A stretch of DNA of 64,000 nt from NCBI GenBank assembly GCA_051294905.1, contig CM119371.1:14634001-14698000 (forward strand). Direction: 5' to 3'. The first letter of the stretch is position 1. Each line of letters begins with the position of its first letter. Under the pieces are notes generated by a model that was not told where the DNA came from, did not search any database, and worked only from the letters and a program-made list of their open reading frames with translations. The DNA comes from Botryllus schlosseri (Eukaryota). The translations under genes and the position numbers were made by a program. Positions 12,848 to 25,744 of this stretch are shown piece by piece.

Positions 12848-14485
12848 ATTTACAAGAATAAGTTCAATTGTAATCGCAATTACGAGATAACGGTATATTC
12901 GTAGAATCGTTTAGGGCCGTTTGGATGCGTCTTGCAAAGATAGTGGTTCTAAAACTGGGGGTGTTTATTTAGCTCAGTGCAGTGCGCACCGGAATTAGGC
13001 TGATAAACAATCTTGTAGGCATGACATGAACATGACTTAACGATGTACTATTACGCTTCCTTCATTTTCGATGTCATCATATTCCACCAACTGTACCGCT
13101 AACTCCGAAGAGAGAGGATCAAAATTATACAGTAATACATGGAAGAACCAATATTATTGAGATAATTAGTTCAAATTATTTAACGACCAGATGCATATAG
13201 AAACCAGATACAAATAGTAAGCCCCCAGAAGTTGCATTTATTACCCTACGGTGTGCCCAAGATCAGTGTTTATTTGAGCGGGACGGGCTGAAAAAATGTG
13301 GCTTCTGCTCTGGTTACAACTTACAACACACAACACAACCATATACTCCTGAACCGGATCGTGACCAACTCGAGTCGAAAGACTAAACTTTGCTGGTGTG
13401 ACGTCATATTGATCGACAATGTGCTCATACATCATTTTGAAATCCGCTAGTTGGCGCCAACGAGCGTCCGGAATCGGGGCCACAGAAAATATGGTGACCC
13501 TACGATAACCTAATATGTATTTTTTTAATTAGATAACGCTTCGTAACTGCTAAAACATATTTCTGTTAAGAGTTGTTTCGATCGGATTTTGGAAAAGATT
13601 TGCTTGCAAAATCCACATTCTCCTGAGATATCCAGAACTTTGTTCCATAATACCTTCAAGATAAGCTGCTTGATAGAAATGACTGCTGGACCGTACGTTA
13701 AATTTTCATCAAACAATTGTTACTAAATTTTGGTGCTATATACGTTGCGATCATACGCAAAGGTGTCGTCGGAAGCGTCATGCGTTGTTATCGTTGTGGA
13801 ACTGGATTTTCGGCACTCGTTAATACCATATTGCAGGCGCCGAATTTCAAGACACGACCGCGCATTTCAAGATGCAGCTACAGAATTCGCGTTGAAATAA
13901 TAGAAGCCTTCCCAATTTCTACATAAATAGTGTGAGGTTTTTTCAAGAAGTCATTTTGCTGCTGTTTATCACTAGTCTATAGTTAATACTTGCATAAGTC
14001 AGATGATGGTTAAACATGAATTGAGCTACATTCCGCGGGCCCTTGACGGTCCAAATGGGTCCGCAAAGACAATAAGGTAGGTTATGAGAACTACTGACGT
14101 ATTGTGTTTATTGTAACAATTGCAAATTCGAATGCGTCTAACGCATACCTGTTTCACACAAATACAAGGGTATTAACCACGCAATAATTCTTACGTATAT
14201 AAATCACTAGGTATCATGAAAGTCGTGTCGGATATTGTATTAATTCGACTGATCCCAATGTTGTGAATACATTCTCACGAAACAAAGGTATTACTTCGTC
14301 CAATGCCATCAGGAGCGATTCCTTTTTTAATATGTTACGCAGTATATCTTACGTCATATTAATATGGTATAATAAGACGCGTTGCCCAGTTGCAGCTTCT
14401 GACAATGAAGTGAATTCTAGGAAATGGAATCTGCAGAACTGATCAAATATATTAACTTATTGGTAGATGCGTTCGAGAGTACGGC

Positions 14486-14528
14486 CATAGATAACTAACC
14501 TACGGTATCCGTAGGTTAGTTATCTATA
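14486..14528. mobile_element. 43-bp minimal hairpin element (P-like CATAG end)
   Basis: atagataactaacctacgg-tat-ccgtaggttagttatctat is a perfect 19-bp stem; 7-bp direct repeat gtacggc at 14479-14485 and 14529-14535. Confidence 0.75.
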
Positions 14529-16096
14529 GTACGGCACGTTATCGGTGGGAAATAACCGAACTCTAATTCAGGTTTGATTCCATGGCCAGTAGTATTCCAC
14601 GCGATTGGCGCGTTACTTCGGAATTGAACGCACAGTCATGCCGTGACTACATAATTGAAGGCGACTTCGTAAATGTTATTACTATATTTCGTTTCAAGCA
14701 AACAACGCCTATGTTATTTGATGGAACGATGTTGGATAAATAACCGTTTTTACAAACGAATAGCAAACTTCGGTGGGGTTAACCGTACCCGCTCCCATAG
14801 GCTGATTTCAATGTCGCGTTGCCGGCGCGCGAGCGATTCGAAAGTCATTACGCAAAATATCGTGTCGAAGCCATTACCATGCGGCTCGTTACGTAAACTC
14901 ACGCTCTTGTGTGATTTGACACCATGGGAGGAAACATTGTATACCAGCGAGCGTATTTAATAGCTGTAGATCGTCAAACACTGACTTACACGGATGGAGA
15001 GAGATATTTTAGTAGCTTTTGAGGAGTTACGCGGCAGTATTATCAATAAACATTCATTGACGGACATAAGCTGATCTGCCAACACGTTCTCAAGCAGATA
15101 GGTAAATTGCTCTGATAGAAAAGTCAAGTTATGCACGGGCTAGCACCTCGACTACGTAGCTTCTTGGAGGTACAGAATTTCAATATGCAGTTGTATAGTG
15201 TATTCATATTGAAATGAACCCGAATATTTTCGGCTGATACTCGTCACGGGTGATTGTTAGCAACAAGTGGAGAATTGGAAAGAACATTGTATATCAACAA
15301 TCGTATCACAAAAAATGGCGTCACCATTTGGAATGAAATCTCAAATAACACAGCGTTCACTGTACTATTTAAAGATAGTACACCAACTCCTTCTGTAGCC
15401 TAAGCGGAGATAGCAATGTAAATCCGGTTCAGATGAAATATCTCAATCACGTTCTCTCCTTTTCTTGCTCAAGACAAACTTAGTTCCACCGATTTATTAT
15501 TGTGCTGACTCCAGCTTTTCCCGTCTATTTGCCCTTCGTGTCTGTTCTCAAGGAAATTCAATTGTGTGTGTAGCAATTCCATTGTTTTCCGGGTGTTCCG
15601 ATATCACTGAAAACAACGATGGATGTAATTTCACTTCCTTGTTACAAGGCGGATTTCGTGTGGTGCTGCCTTCGCCGGATGTATTCAAGGAAGTTGACAT
15701 TGCCACTCAAATATTCAAATAGAAGTATAGTTAATGCCGTCGATTTCTAATTAATTACGAGTAGAAGGTGTCATATCAAAGACATGCCGAAACTATTTAT
15801 ATTAGAAATAGCATATTAAGACATTCTATTTAATCAAGTATATCGTTTCAAGAAGCATATTCGTTCGAGGGATCGCCTATAAGCTTAGAAGTTTATCAAT
15901 CGGAGGTGGTTTATTTCGAAATCACATGGTGTAAGTTTGCGATCAACACGAAATAACTAGTGATGCGACTTTCAAAAATCTATTCACTTTCCGAAGGACT
16001 GACGCAAGCATACTCCAAACTACTTTCACCTTAACAGTATACAAATTGTGCAGAGTAAGTTGTTTCGCCGAAAAACTGAGTATGTACATGCTCCAA

Positions 16097-16610
16097 AAGT
16101 GGTTCCAAACTTTTTCGGCCCGTGGCACACTAGAAAAATTATAAAATGCTCGCGACACACTTACAAGAAAACTGGTTGAAAATCTATTCACGTGTTGATG
16201 CGATGGCTGTGCTTGTTTATAAAAACGTATATATTCGACTGAAACGATGTTCAATCGCTGATGTACCCACAATTCGTCGTTTTCCAAGCAGTGACACCCG
16301 TATTGTTGTATGAGTTGAACTCCTGACAATATGTTCTCATGATTTACGGCACGATGCCTTGTTTGTGAGTTGATTTGAAACGAATCAAAGGATATGTCAT
16401 CCAGACTTAGCAGCCCAATCATGATGTGGACATTAGCCTATTCATCGGCAATGTCATCGTTTCCTGGACATGTTCACGTGTGCCTATTTATCAGCCTGAT
16501 GTAAGTTAGACCGCTTTTAATTCGCATCTGTTTGTGTGTTCTTCCAAAGTCCTAGGAAGACTCGTGGCATACCTGAGAATCTGTGGCGGCACACAGTTTA
16601 GGAATCACTG
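16097..16610. mobile_element. Old hAT (Buster-like) MITE
   Basis: Ends aagtggttccaaac / gtttaggaatcactg with ggcacac subterminal motifs; TSD degenerate. Confidence 0.6.
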
Positions 16611-17785
16611 ATCCAAACACTTGAGTAAGAAGCACAAATATAGGCGAAATTTACTTCAGTGCATAGAGAAAGTTTAAGTACTCGTTAATGACCAGCTTCG
16701 CCCTCGGCCAGCTTCCATCTTCGGATTGAAAAGCGAAATTTAAGCATCTGCCAATACTAAGGTTTCGTTACTCATTTCACCAGAAGTGTGACGCTACCAA
16801 AAATTGAAACGTACGCTACTGCAGTGGTGGCGTGTGACACGAGCCAAAACACGTTCGCTCGCTCATCGTTGCGTCACGCACGTTAGAAAAATTCGGACAA
16901 CGCAGCGTATCCTTTGAAAGATACCTAAAAAAACGATTCGAATCGATAAAAATACCCTGGACTGGTGTCATATCTAATAGATTCTGTGTTGATGACAAGC
17001 GGCATCGATATCTACCATCCACCAGAGCGGAAAATACCCAAGATACGACTATGTGAGAGATCGGACGTTTTACTTCCGGTGGAGCGGCTTGTATTTAGCA
17101 TGAAGGTCTACTCTACACCGACAAGTCGTGCCATTGCTGTGTTCGTGTGTTCTCGATTCATGTAGGCAACGGTGGATTGATTTAGAGTGGGGAAAATTCA
17201 GGGACACACTAACTGGTTCGGAGAAAGCAGCACATTACGTGTACTCTACATGGTATAGTACAGTCACTAGCGTTTTATGTCCTTCGAGAGTTTTCAATGA
17301 TATGCTATACGTTTTGGAAACGTCTGCATCATTTTGAAACCAATTTCATCATTTCAAAATCCTAATTGCTAGTATGGATAACCAGCAACTTACAGAAGTG
17401 AATCAATTGAATAGTATAGTGAATCAGTTCAACGACAGCGTTTGCCTGCAGCAGGTTATATTCATAGGATTAACAGTAATCCATATTACCACGCATAATC
17501 CATAGAGAGTTGTTGTCGATATTTCTTCTATGGGTATTAGTTGTCAATTAGTTGTCAATTCAGGGTCGGTTATTCCGGACTGATACGCTAACAACATTGA
17601 ATTTCGTCACTTGACCGCGACATTCTCAATGTATCGGCGGAGTCAAAACAATCAGTTCTAAGATTGCAGCGAGGTTCTACTGTTGCGAACAACTATTCTT
17701 TTCGGTATCTGTGGACAAATACCAGACTATTCCTAGTTTGCTCTCGTCTTATCACTGAGTAGCTAGTCTGTACGAGCCTATACTA

Positions 17786-19389
17786 CAGGGGTGGGCAACA
17801 TACGGCCCGCGGGCCGGATCCGGCCCGCGAAGGGATTTTGTCCGGCCCGCGGACATTTTTTCGTCTTACATGATAATGTGGCCCGCCGGCCCCATTATTC
17901 CGAGATTCCCCGCTATTTGCTTACATACATCAAATTTTATTGCCTGTATGTTATTATATACATGTCTATGCGCAGCGAGCGAGGGTGGAGCTTACGCGCA
18001 AGTTAGTCGAAGCGAGAAGACTTGCAGTATCGGCATTTACGATGTACTGAACCCTAATGTAATTTGTGGTAATCATGGTGTTTGTCGACGACAATGGTCA
18101 TTTACCATAGGCCGATATTTCCTATTTTTGATTCCGTAACCGTTGACTTGTAGCACGTCGCACACTTCCAGGCTTTTGTAAGACACTGCTTACGCCAGGT
18201 GTCGCCAACTGAAAACGGGTCGCGGGCCAATTTCAAATTTCGAGGCCGCGGCCCGCATGAATTCAATATCGAGATAGACAGGCCACACAGCTTAACAACC
18301 ACGCTATCTTGTCACCTACTAAACCCTAATGCATTGATATCTTGGTAAATTTGGGGTACCGGGCTTATTGGACGCCGTGAAATCTTAATGAAGGATTGCA
18401 CCATGTGTTGATTGATCAGAGAGAAGCAGACATGGTGGTACCTGTATGACAGGGGTGGCCAACCTGCGGTCGTAGAAGCAAATTTGTGCGGCCGTGGACA
18501 CGTAATTCAATTAGTAGGTGTTGGCGGCCGTCGACATGGAATTTGAATTCACGAATTGACTGCCGATATCTTGAAATATTTTAATTATTCTTGAAATTTT
18601 CTTCGCACAGCGCGCGATTCAATGCAACTTTATTTTCGATTGTAATATGGTTGCGCACTTTGCAATCAGAGCCCCACAGTACAGTTGCGAACAGATGTGC
18701 CTCATATAGAAATACCAACTCGGAATCGTGTGCTCCTTACTATACCGACAATCCTGACGGGAGCTCAAGACATGCAAAGAACAGCATGCAACAAAGTGAC
18801 TAATAATAATCGGCCTGCCGGAAGATGCATCATCATTCATAACCTGCCCTTAATTTTCGAAAACAGCCCTCCATCAACTCTACCGGGGAATCTGATCACA
18901 TGGGATGAGAAATAATATGTAAAACTACTAATTTTAATGACGAAATTCATGAATGAAGCTGAAAAACTTTTCGCGCTTGGAGCGACTATGAGCAGCCTAC
19001 ATTATTTGATAGATTAGTACGGAGTTCACCGGAAATGAATATAGACACTTTAACATGAGTATTTGGCGCCCTGCTAGCTCATTACGACTATGCTCTGGAA
19101 TGCGGCCGTAGGCTACATGAATAGTCGAAATGCGGCCGTGACTGGCAAAAAGGTTGGCCACCACTGCTGTATGACAATGCTGTTCTCAAATCCACATTGT
19201 CTTCGTCATTATCGGCGAGAAATGGCTTTGAAGTCGCATTGCTGTCGTTAAAATACATTCAGTAAATACGATTTATTCCTTGAATACGTGGATAAATGGG
19301 CGAATAATGTATCGTTTCAGCAATCCGGCCCGCCAAGTACTTTATTTTACTATATCCGGCCCGCCGACTGAAGAAGTTGCCCGCCCCTG
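17786..19389. mobile_element. Buster-like hAT element containing nested insertions
   Basis: TIRs caggggtgggcaac / gttgcccgcccctg; perfect TSD ctatacta. Confidence 0.88.
18450..19166. mobile_element. hAT MITE nested in 17786-19389
   Basis: TIRs caggggtggccaacc / ggttggccaccactg; perfect TSD ctgtatga; gcggccgt subterminal repeats. Confidence 0.88.
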
Positions 19390-20844
19390 CTATACTATAT
19401 AGGTGCATATATTCAGGGTCACTGTTATCTGTATTGTATAATGTGCATATGTTGTATTGGCCTCTCTATAATTTGAATACTTGTAGTGATTCAATGTCGC
19501 CTCTTGTATGCTACATCCTTTTTGTACGAAGCGATATGGTCTGAAGCTTTTTCGTGCTACACGCGAAGTGCCCCCTCCCTCCCCTGATATCTGGCACTGT
19601 TACGTCTATAGTTCGATATTTAGTTTTTTAATGATAACTCTCGTCATCTCAGATACCAATTCAAACTAATAGAAAGGCAATAGGTGTGGCCTAAGATGTC
19701 AACACGCTGTATGTTTATATGTATCGTTCGCTTGTCAAAATGGTCGTACTCTGACTTAGATCGCTATCTGGATGATGTTAAATTCGAGCCACACAGTGTG
19801 AATTACCGAAATTGCCCTCTGAAAGCAAAGAAGATTACGGTTTCAAAGACAGGGCCTATGAAAACTTCAAAAGCCCTTTCGGGCATTCTTCTTGTCTTTG
19901 AACATTAACTCAACACCTTCATACATGAAATTAGAACACTAAACTAAAGTAGGTTAAAGCGTTTAATTTTGAGCGTGTTGGCCGGTAGACACAACCAATT
20001 GGTAACCTATGTGTTCTTAAAACTTGGTAGAATTCATTTACAGTCATTCACAACAAAAGCTATAGCCGAAATGGGTGACATCTGGTCATGATAAACTGCC
20101 CACAACATGGATTCCGTATCAGTATACATCGACAGATTTCATTACCACCTGCGCTGCATTATGGTCTGTCGCGTAACAGTTGTGTTAGTGAGGTGATCCC
20201 ACTACCTAAACCGGATTTCCTGTGCCTGTTATGACTGAAATAGGTGTTGCGATGAAATAGTTGAATTTGTGATCGAAGGAGTAAGGTATATTTGGCCAAG
20301 CGCAGCTAACGGTCAATTAATCCATACACGGAGCTCGTCACAGAAGTCACTGATGATACTGAATCATCAGAGCAGCACGGTGCGTCAAATTACGGCCGAA
20401 TTACAAGTATTGACTCCCGAGACTTAACCAAACTTTTCGCAAGGAAGAGAATGCAAGGTCAACAAATGACCTAAGTAGATAGTTTGGAGATGTTAATTCG
20501 AACGAGGCATCGGATGCTTTTGGTAATCAAACGCCGGTGACAGCTTTCAAAATCGCTAAATTAACCATCCTTATTAGTGCTAGTGGGATTTTCGAAGTTA
20601 CAGTCTCCTAACGTGATACAGATCTTAAATTCCCGATTATAATGCCTATTTCTCTAATAAATATGATGCAAATTCATCAAAACGCTATTTGTACTTGAGA
20701 AAATGTGAAAGTAAGTAATAGGTAGGATTCGCCACCACTTAACCAGAGAGTGTTGTAGTGAAAATGATCACCACTTGCGTAGTGTAGTTGACTGGGTGCC
20801 ACCTTGAATTTGACTTCGGATTATTATCCCAACATATATCTTAA

Positions 20845-21364
20845 AGGGGCACTGCACTCTAAAATTGATGTGGTCTCAAATTTAAGGGCAAAACGAAAAC
20901 AAAATTTTGGCCGCAGCCGTTTCTTGAGAACGGCACCGTAATGGAGCTGCTGCAATTTATTGAACTTTCCGCAAGAACTTCACGCTCTAGCAGTCACACA
21001 GAGATCGAACTTTATATAGTTGTCAGATGTCAGCAGATTTCATGAAGGAAATATATCGAACACGCCAAGGTAGTTTAGATACCGCGTCCAACGGAAGATG
21101 TTCAGTCAGGAGATTTATGTCAAAATCGGGCCTAGTATATTATATTTCTGTCGTGTACGACATATTTCCTTCATAACATCTGCTGACAACTATATAAAGT
21201 TCCTTCTCTGCGTGATTGCTCGAGCGTGAAGTTCTTGTGGAAATTTCAATACATTGCAGCTCCATTACGGTGGCGATCTGAAGAAAACGGCTACTGCCAA
21301 ATTTTTTTTTTTTCGTTTATCCCTTCAATTTGAGACCACGTCATTTTTAGAGTGCAGTGCCCCT
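20845..21364. mobile_element. Kolobok/T2-like palindromic MITE with TTAA TSD
   Basis: ttaa|aggggcactgcactctaaaa ... ttttagagtgcagtgcccct|ttaa; arms of ~220 bp are inverted copies of each other. Confidence 0.85.
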
Positions 21365-21579
21365 TTAACAACTTACAACAAGCGCCATATTATTACCTCA
21401 GATATCGATCACGCAATGCAGACCATGACGTCATTCTACCGTTTGTAGAGTACATAACGCGAGAACTGCGAAATACTAGCAGACTCATTTATAAGCGCTA
21501 ACCAAAGAACGTCTTATAACAAATGCAATATGCCAATTAATCCCCGTTGCATTAAATATATTTCAAGTATAGCCGACAC

Positions 21580-21607
21580 GATAGATAGATAGATAGATCG
21601 ATAGATA
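21580..21607. repeat. (GATA)n microsatellite
   Basis: gatagatagatagatagatcgatagata. Confidence 0.8.
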
Positions 21608-22740
21608 AAGAATATGATATTGTGGAGTTAGAATTTAGTTAGGAGTTATTTCTTCTTAGATGTTTTTATGTAACTTGAAACCAATTCGTCGGGGTCTATT
21701 GCTTTGTTGCTTCCAACGCTAGCCGCTAATTTAGTCTCGAAATGTAGCAGTATTGGTATTAAAGCATTTGAAAGATTATTTCGTAATAAATAGAAATCAA
21801 TTTTTGGTATCATGCTTTCGCTTCACCTAACACGAATCCACGAAACTAATTCCATGCAATCACCGAATTTTTTAATACGGTTTTAATCAATATTGATCCA
21901 CGCAAAAGGATTTGAAATATAGAGTGAAGCCCAGTGTAAAATTAGACATGATATGCAAATCACACGCTAAAAGCTAGTTAATACCAAATACCGGTCGTCA
22001 GAGCATTAATTAGCCTTCCTCCGTAACATATTGTGTATACATATTTGAACCGGTAATCCGATAGAATCGACGTATGAAGTCGTGTCCACGCGCTATATTG
22101 AAATATATAACATCAATAACATGGTATCACAGCCCTTGAGATGCATTTATGTCTTGAAAAGGCCCTCTCCGATTGCTTAGCGTAGATCACTGTTTCTTAA
22201 CCTTTTAACGCTCATTCCCCTTGAGCTGTCATGCAATTGTATATTTCAATGACTGGAGATATCAATATCCAAGGTTTCAGGGTCCAGATATTCATCGCCG
22301 TCGATCTCTTTTGTAATTCAGTTAACTTGGACACAGATAGACCGAAACGTCATAAGTCTCGTTGTGTTCTGGGACGGAAGTTATGGTGGGGCCGAAATGC
22401 CCGTGTATGATAGACCCGCACCAGAAGGTTCACGCCCTAAAATAAAGCACCCCAACTGCCTCAAGCAACCATTCTCTCCTAATAGAAGAAGGATAGATTA
22501 ATTTCTTTTCTATTACCTTATGTTTTATTTTTTATTATTCACCCACTATTATGTTGTCGGCAAGGGGGATGGCATTCCCAAATTAAACGCAACAATTCTC
22601 TTGAAATTAAATCGCGCGAAGAAATTTCCGTGGTGCAGCCATTCACAAGGCTATTCTGTCACAAAGGTGGCGCACCACTGTCTTCGATCTTTAGTTCTAT
22701 AAAGTTTTTGTCTGCAGATCTCAATATAGTTGGATCGAAT

Positions 22741-23146
22741 TAGGGGGACATTTAAAACAAAATTCAATTTGAAAGAAACATGTTTAAAAGAAGGCCTTTG
22801 CTTAAAACATGTCTTTAATTGTTTTTTTAAAAGTCTGGATCATTCAATTTTGACGTCATAGCGGATTGGCATTGGCAATTGAAAATATAGGGTAAATATA
22901 GCCCTTTCTACGAAATAACCATGTACTATAGCTGTCGACCGACTATTTTGAGGGTTACAACCATCCCATATCGTATACGTCGGCTATATAGGATTGTAGT
23001 CGTCCGTAGGCTCATACGACATGTTTTTGGAACATATTTGCAGAATTATGGCATAGTTATACAACTTAAATATTAATAAAATATTTCTTTAAAAGGCCGT
23101 TGTTTGAAACATGTTTTAAACAACCATTTGTTTTAATGCACCCCTA
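22741..23146 (+). mobile_element. hAT-like MITE (TAGGG ends, aaacatgttt subterminal repeats)
   Basis: tagggggacattt / aatgcaccccta; TSD gatcgaat/ggtcgaat (7/8); homologous to 25176-25744 and ~59520-59725. Confidence 0.75.
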
Positions 23147-23827
23147 GGTCGAATGGACTGCATTCTGCTGAATTTCATTTGTTTGCATTGAAAATTGTTG
23201 TCGCTAAATACATGGTAACTCCATCCGTAAACGGAAATGCTGCATTTCGTCAATTTCATGTCAGGTAGACGGTACTTTCTGGTACAAAATTATGCTTTCT
23301 CACCAATTCCGATAGGTGAACAGAAAACAAATGCTCCAACTCTATTCCAGCAGGGCCGACAAAGGTTCTGTTTCGTGTACCATTCCCATAGGGCGCAACA
23401 GTGCGCACTGTACCCCTCAGATTGATCTCTATGAGTACTGGTGTAATTGACTAGTCTCTACCTATTGGCATGTGTGTGCGTGAGCAAACTTGGGTACTAT
23501 AAAATGTTGAAGGTCGGATTTGCACCCTACACTATGGTGGAGATTTCGTTAATATACCGGTTGTTCAGTGTTCACTGTTCATGTTCGCGCGTGACATACT
23601 ATGCACAACAAGCGACTCTAGCCTCCTAAAACTATAGTTGCGGCCGATCATGCAGCCATTTCCTGCTTTTCAATATCACAGATGGAAAATTGGTTAATAC
23701 TCCTATTGTCTACCGTGTATTTACGGTGCACGACAAACAACACTAGACGTTTTGGTTATAGGCCTAGTGCCGTTCGACCAAGCCGCAATTTCTACCTTTC
23801 CGTTACCAGTTCAGTAAATTAAACACA

Positions 23828-24904
23828 ATGAGCTTCTGCTGGCTGACCGAACAACAAAAAGAAGAGCGTAGAATCAACGCGAGAATCGAAAAGCAACTGA
23901 GACGGGGAAAGAACGAGGCAAGAAAGGAGTTGAAGCTGCTGCTTCTAGGCGCTGGAGAGAGTGGCAAGAGCACATTTGTAAAGCAGATGCGCATCATTCA
24001 CGGACATGGCTACAGCGACCGCGACCGAGAAGGCTTCAAACAGCTGGTTCACGAGAACGTTCTGACATCCATTCAGAATTTGATAAGAGCCATGGGCACG
24101 CTAAACATAGAATACGCCAACCAAGACAATATCGTACATTCCGAGGTTTTACTAGAAGTCGAACACAGTACGGTGCGTACCGACGAGCAATTTGCAGAGT
24201 TTGTGGACGCAATAAAATCGCTGTGGCAAGACGAAGGCGTCCGTCAATGTTACGATAGGCGGCGCGAATATCAACTGTCAGATTCCACGTCGTATTATAT
24301 GAACGATCTCGACCGGATAAGGCAACCTGACTACCTGCCAACGCAACAGGACATCTTACGCGTGCGGGTACCGACTACCGGTATACAGGAGTACACGTTC
24401 AAGCTGAACGCGATTACGTTCCGCATGATGGACGTCGGAGGCCAAAGGTCGGAAAGGCGCAAGTGGATTCATTGCTTCGAAGGTGTGACTTCAATACTGT
24501 TCTTAGTAGCGTTGAGCGAGTACGACCAAGTCCTCGTTGAAGCGCAACACGATAATAGAATGGAAGAGAGCATAGCGCTCTTCAGGACAATACTGCAGTA
24601 CGATTTTTTTCAACAGTCTTCCATGATTTTATTTTTGAACAAGAGAGATTTGTTCGAGGAAAAGATCAAGGTGTCGAATCTGGCCGACTATTTTCCCGAT
24701 TACGAGGGCAAACAGCAATACGCGGAACAAGCAATGTATTTTATTTTGAGCAAGTTTCAGCAGTTACGAACCGAGGCGGAACGGTCCATATACCACCACT
24801 TTACCTGTGCCACGGACACATCAAACATCCGGGTCGTTTTTCGAGCCGTGAAGGACACTATTCTACAGAACAACCTGGACGAATATAATCTAGGCAATGC
24901 CTAA
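23828..24904 (+). CDS. GNAQ: Heterotrimeric G protein alpha subunit, Gq family (GNAQ/GNA11-like paralog 1), single-exon CDS, 358 aa
   Basis: Uninterrupted ORF with GAGESGKS P-loop, RVRVPTTG switch [18 protein letters not shown] switch [20 protein letters not shown] and TCATDT; C-terminus [19 protein letters not shown]. Symbol is family-level, not proven orthology. Confidence 0.93.
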   Translation: MSFCWLTEQQKEERRINARIEKQLRRGKNEARKELKLLLLGAGESGKSTFVKQMRIIHGHGYSDRDREGFKQLVHENVLTSIQNLIRAMGTLNIEYANQDNIVHSEVLLEVEHSTVRTDEQFAEFVDAIKSLWQDEGVRQCYDRRREYQLSDSTSYYMNDLDRIRQPDYLPTQQDILRVRVPTTGIQEYTFKLNAITFRMMDVGGQRSERRKWIHCFEGVTSILFLVALSEYDQVLVEAQHDNRMEESIALFRTILQYDFFQQSSMILFLNKRDLFEEKIKVSNLADYFPDYEGKQQYAEQAMYFILSKFQQLRTEAERSIYHHFTCATDTSNIRVVFRAVKDTILQNNLDEYNLGNA

Positions 24905-25175
24905 CTGTTCTAGTGCGCGAACATGCCTGCATATGGGAATGCACGCATGCGTGTAACGCAGAAGAGAGACTTGTGTGATGGCATACGGAGCGACTGCGCA
25001 TGCGCATGTTTTAGTCGTCGGTTCTATATTGCGTTGCAAATGTAATCCGAAATTTTCAACAATCTCGCCTCTTTTCTCCGAATCTTGGCGTGCGTTATAC
25101 ACAACCGTGTAACAATCCGCCTTCCTAAATGGAAGGTTGTTCGAATGACATGCCTTGATTACGAAGTACCGCAAC

Positions 25176-25744
25176 TAGGGTAACATCTAAAACAAAAACC
25201 ATTTTAAAACAAACATGTTTAATACATGGCCCTATTTTAAAGCATGTTTTTAGCCATGACGCCACAAGTTGTCTGTTTATGACAGGAGCCGGAAACAGGG
25301 GCCGTCAAAGGTTGTGACGTTACAGTGGCCTGACATTGACAATTGAAAATACAGGATGTATAAATATGGCTCCTTGACGAAAAAGGCTTCCGACCCCTAT
25401 CATAAACGGACAATTCGTGGCGTCATCGCTAAAAAAAACATGCTTTAAACAGGGGCCGTGTTATGCGGCAGTTTACGGTCGGCGGTCATCATCGTCAGAA
25501 CGCCGATTCCGTACCAATGATCTCTATATCAACGGGTTATAACAGTTGTACCGACGACGATTTCGAGAGTTCCAACCATTCCATTATGTACACGTCGACT
25601 ATATACTGGTTGCAACCAACCCGTAGGCTCATATTACATGTTTTGTCGAAAGTATTCACAGAGGAATGGCTTAATTAGACAACTTCAAAAAAATCATGTT
25701 TTAAACAAAGTGTTTTAAAACCATTTATTTTAAATTCAACCACA
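25176..25744 (+). mobile_element. Second copy of the 22741 MITE family, 3' of Gq paralog 1
   Basis: Starts tagggtaacatctaaaacaaaa; shares the internal gagagttccaaccattcc..cgtcgactatata..cgtaggctcata block; absent from the homologous 3' flank of paralog 2. Confidence 0.7.

Larger units (their letters stand above)
10933..13502. mobile_element. hAT (Blackjack-like, TAGGG ends) element, middle layer
   Basis: TIRs tagggttgccata / tatggtgacccta; perfect TSD cgataacc (10925-10932, 13503-13510). Confidence 0.85.
10855..14096. mobile_element. hAT element, outer layer of a triple nest
   Basis: Ends cggtggttctta / tgagaactactg; TSD acgtatta/acgtattg (7/8). Confidence 0.7.

Noticed and set aside
15943..16422. 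159-aa minus-strand ORF
   Set aside because: Crosses a MITE boundary and has no recognisable protein features.
24036..24341. Antisense or alternate-frame ORFs overlapping the Gq and Kelch CDSs
   Set aside because: Shadow ORFs of real coding sequence; not conserved in length among paralogs.
22741..25744. Gq paralog 1 bracketed by two same-family MITEs as a composite transposon that moved the gene
   Set aside because: The upstream copy has its own TSD, and homology with paralog 2 continues beyond the downstream copy, so they are independent later insertions.
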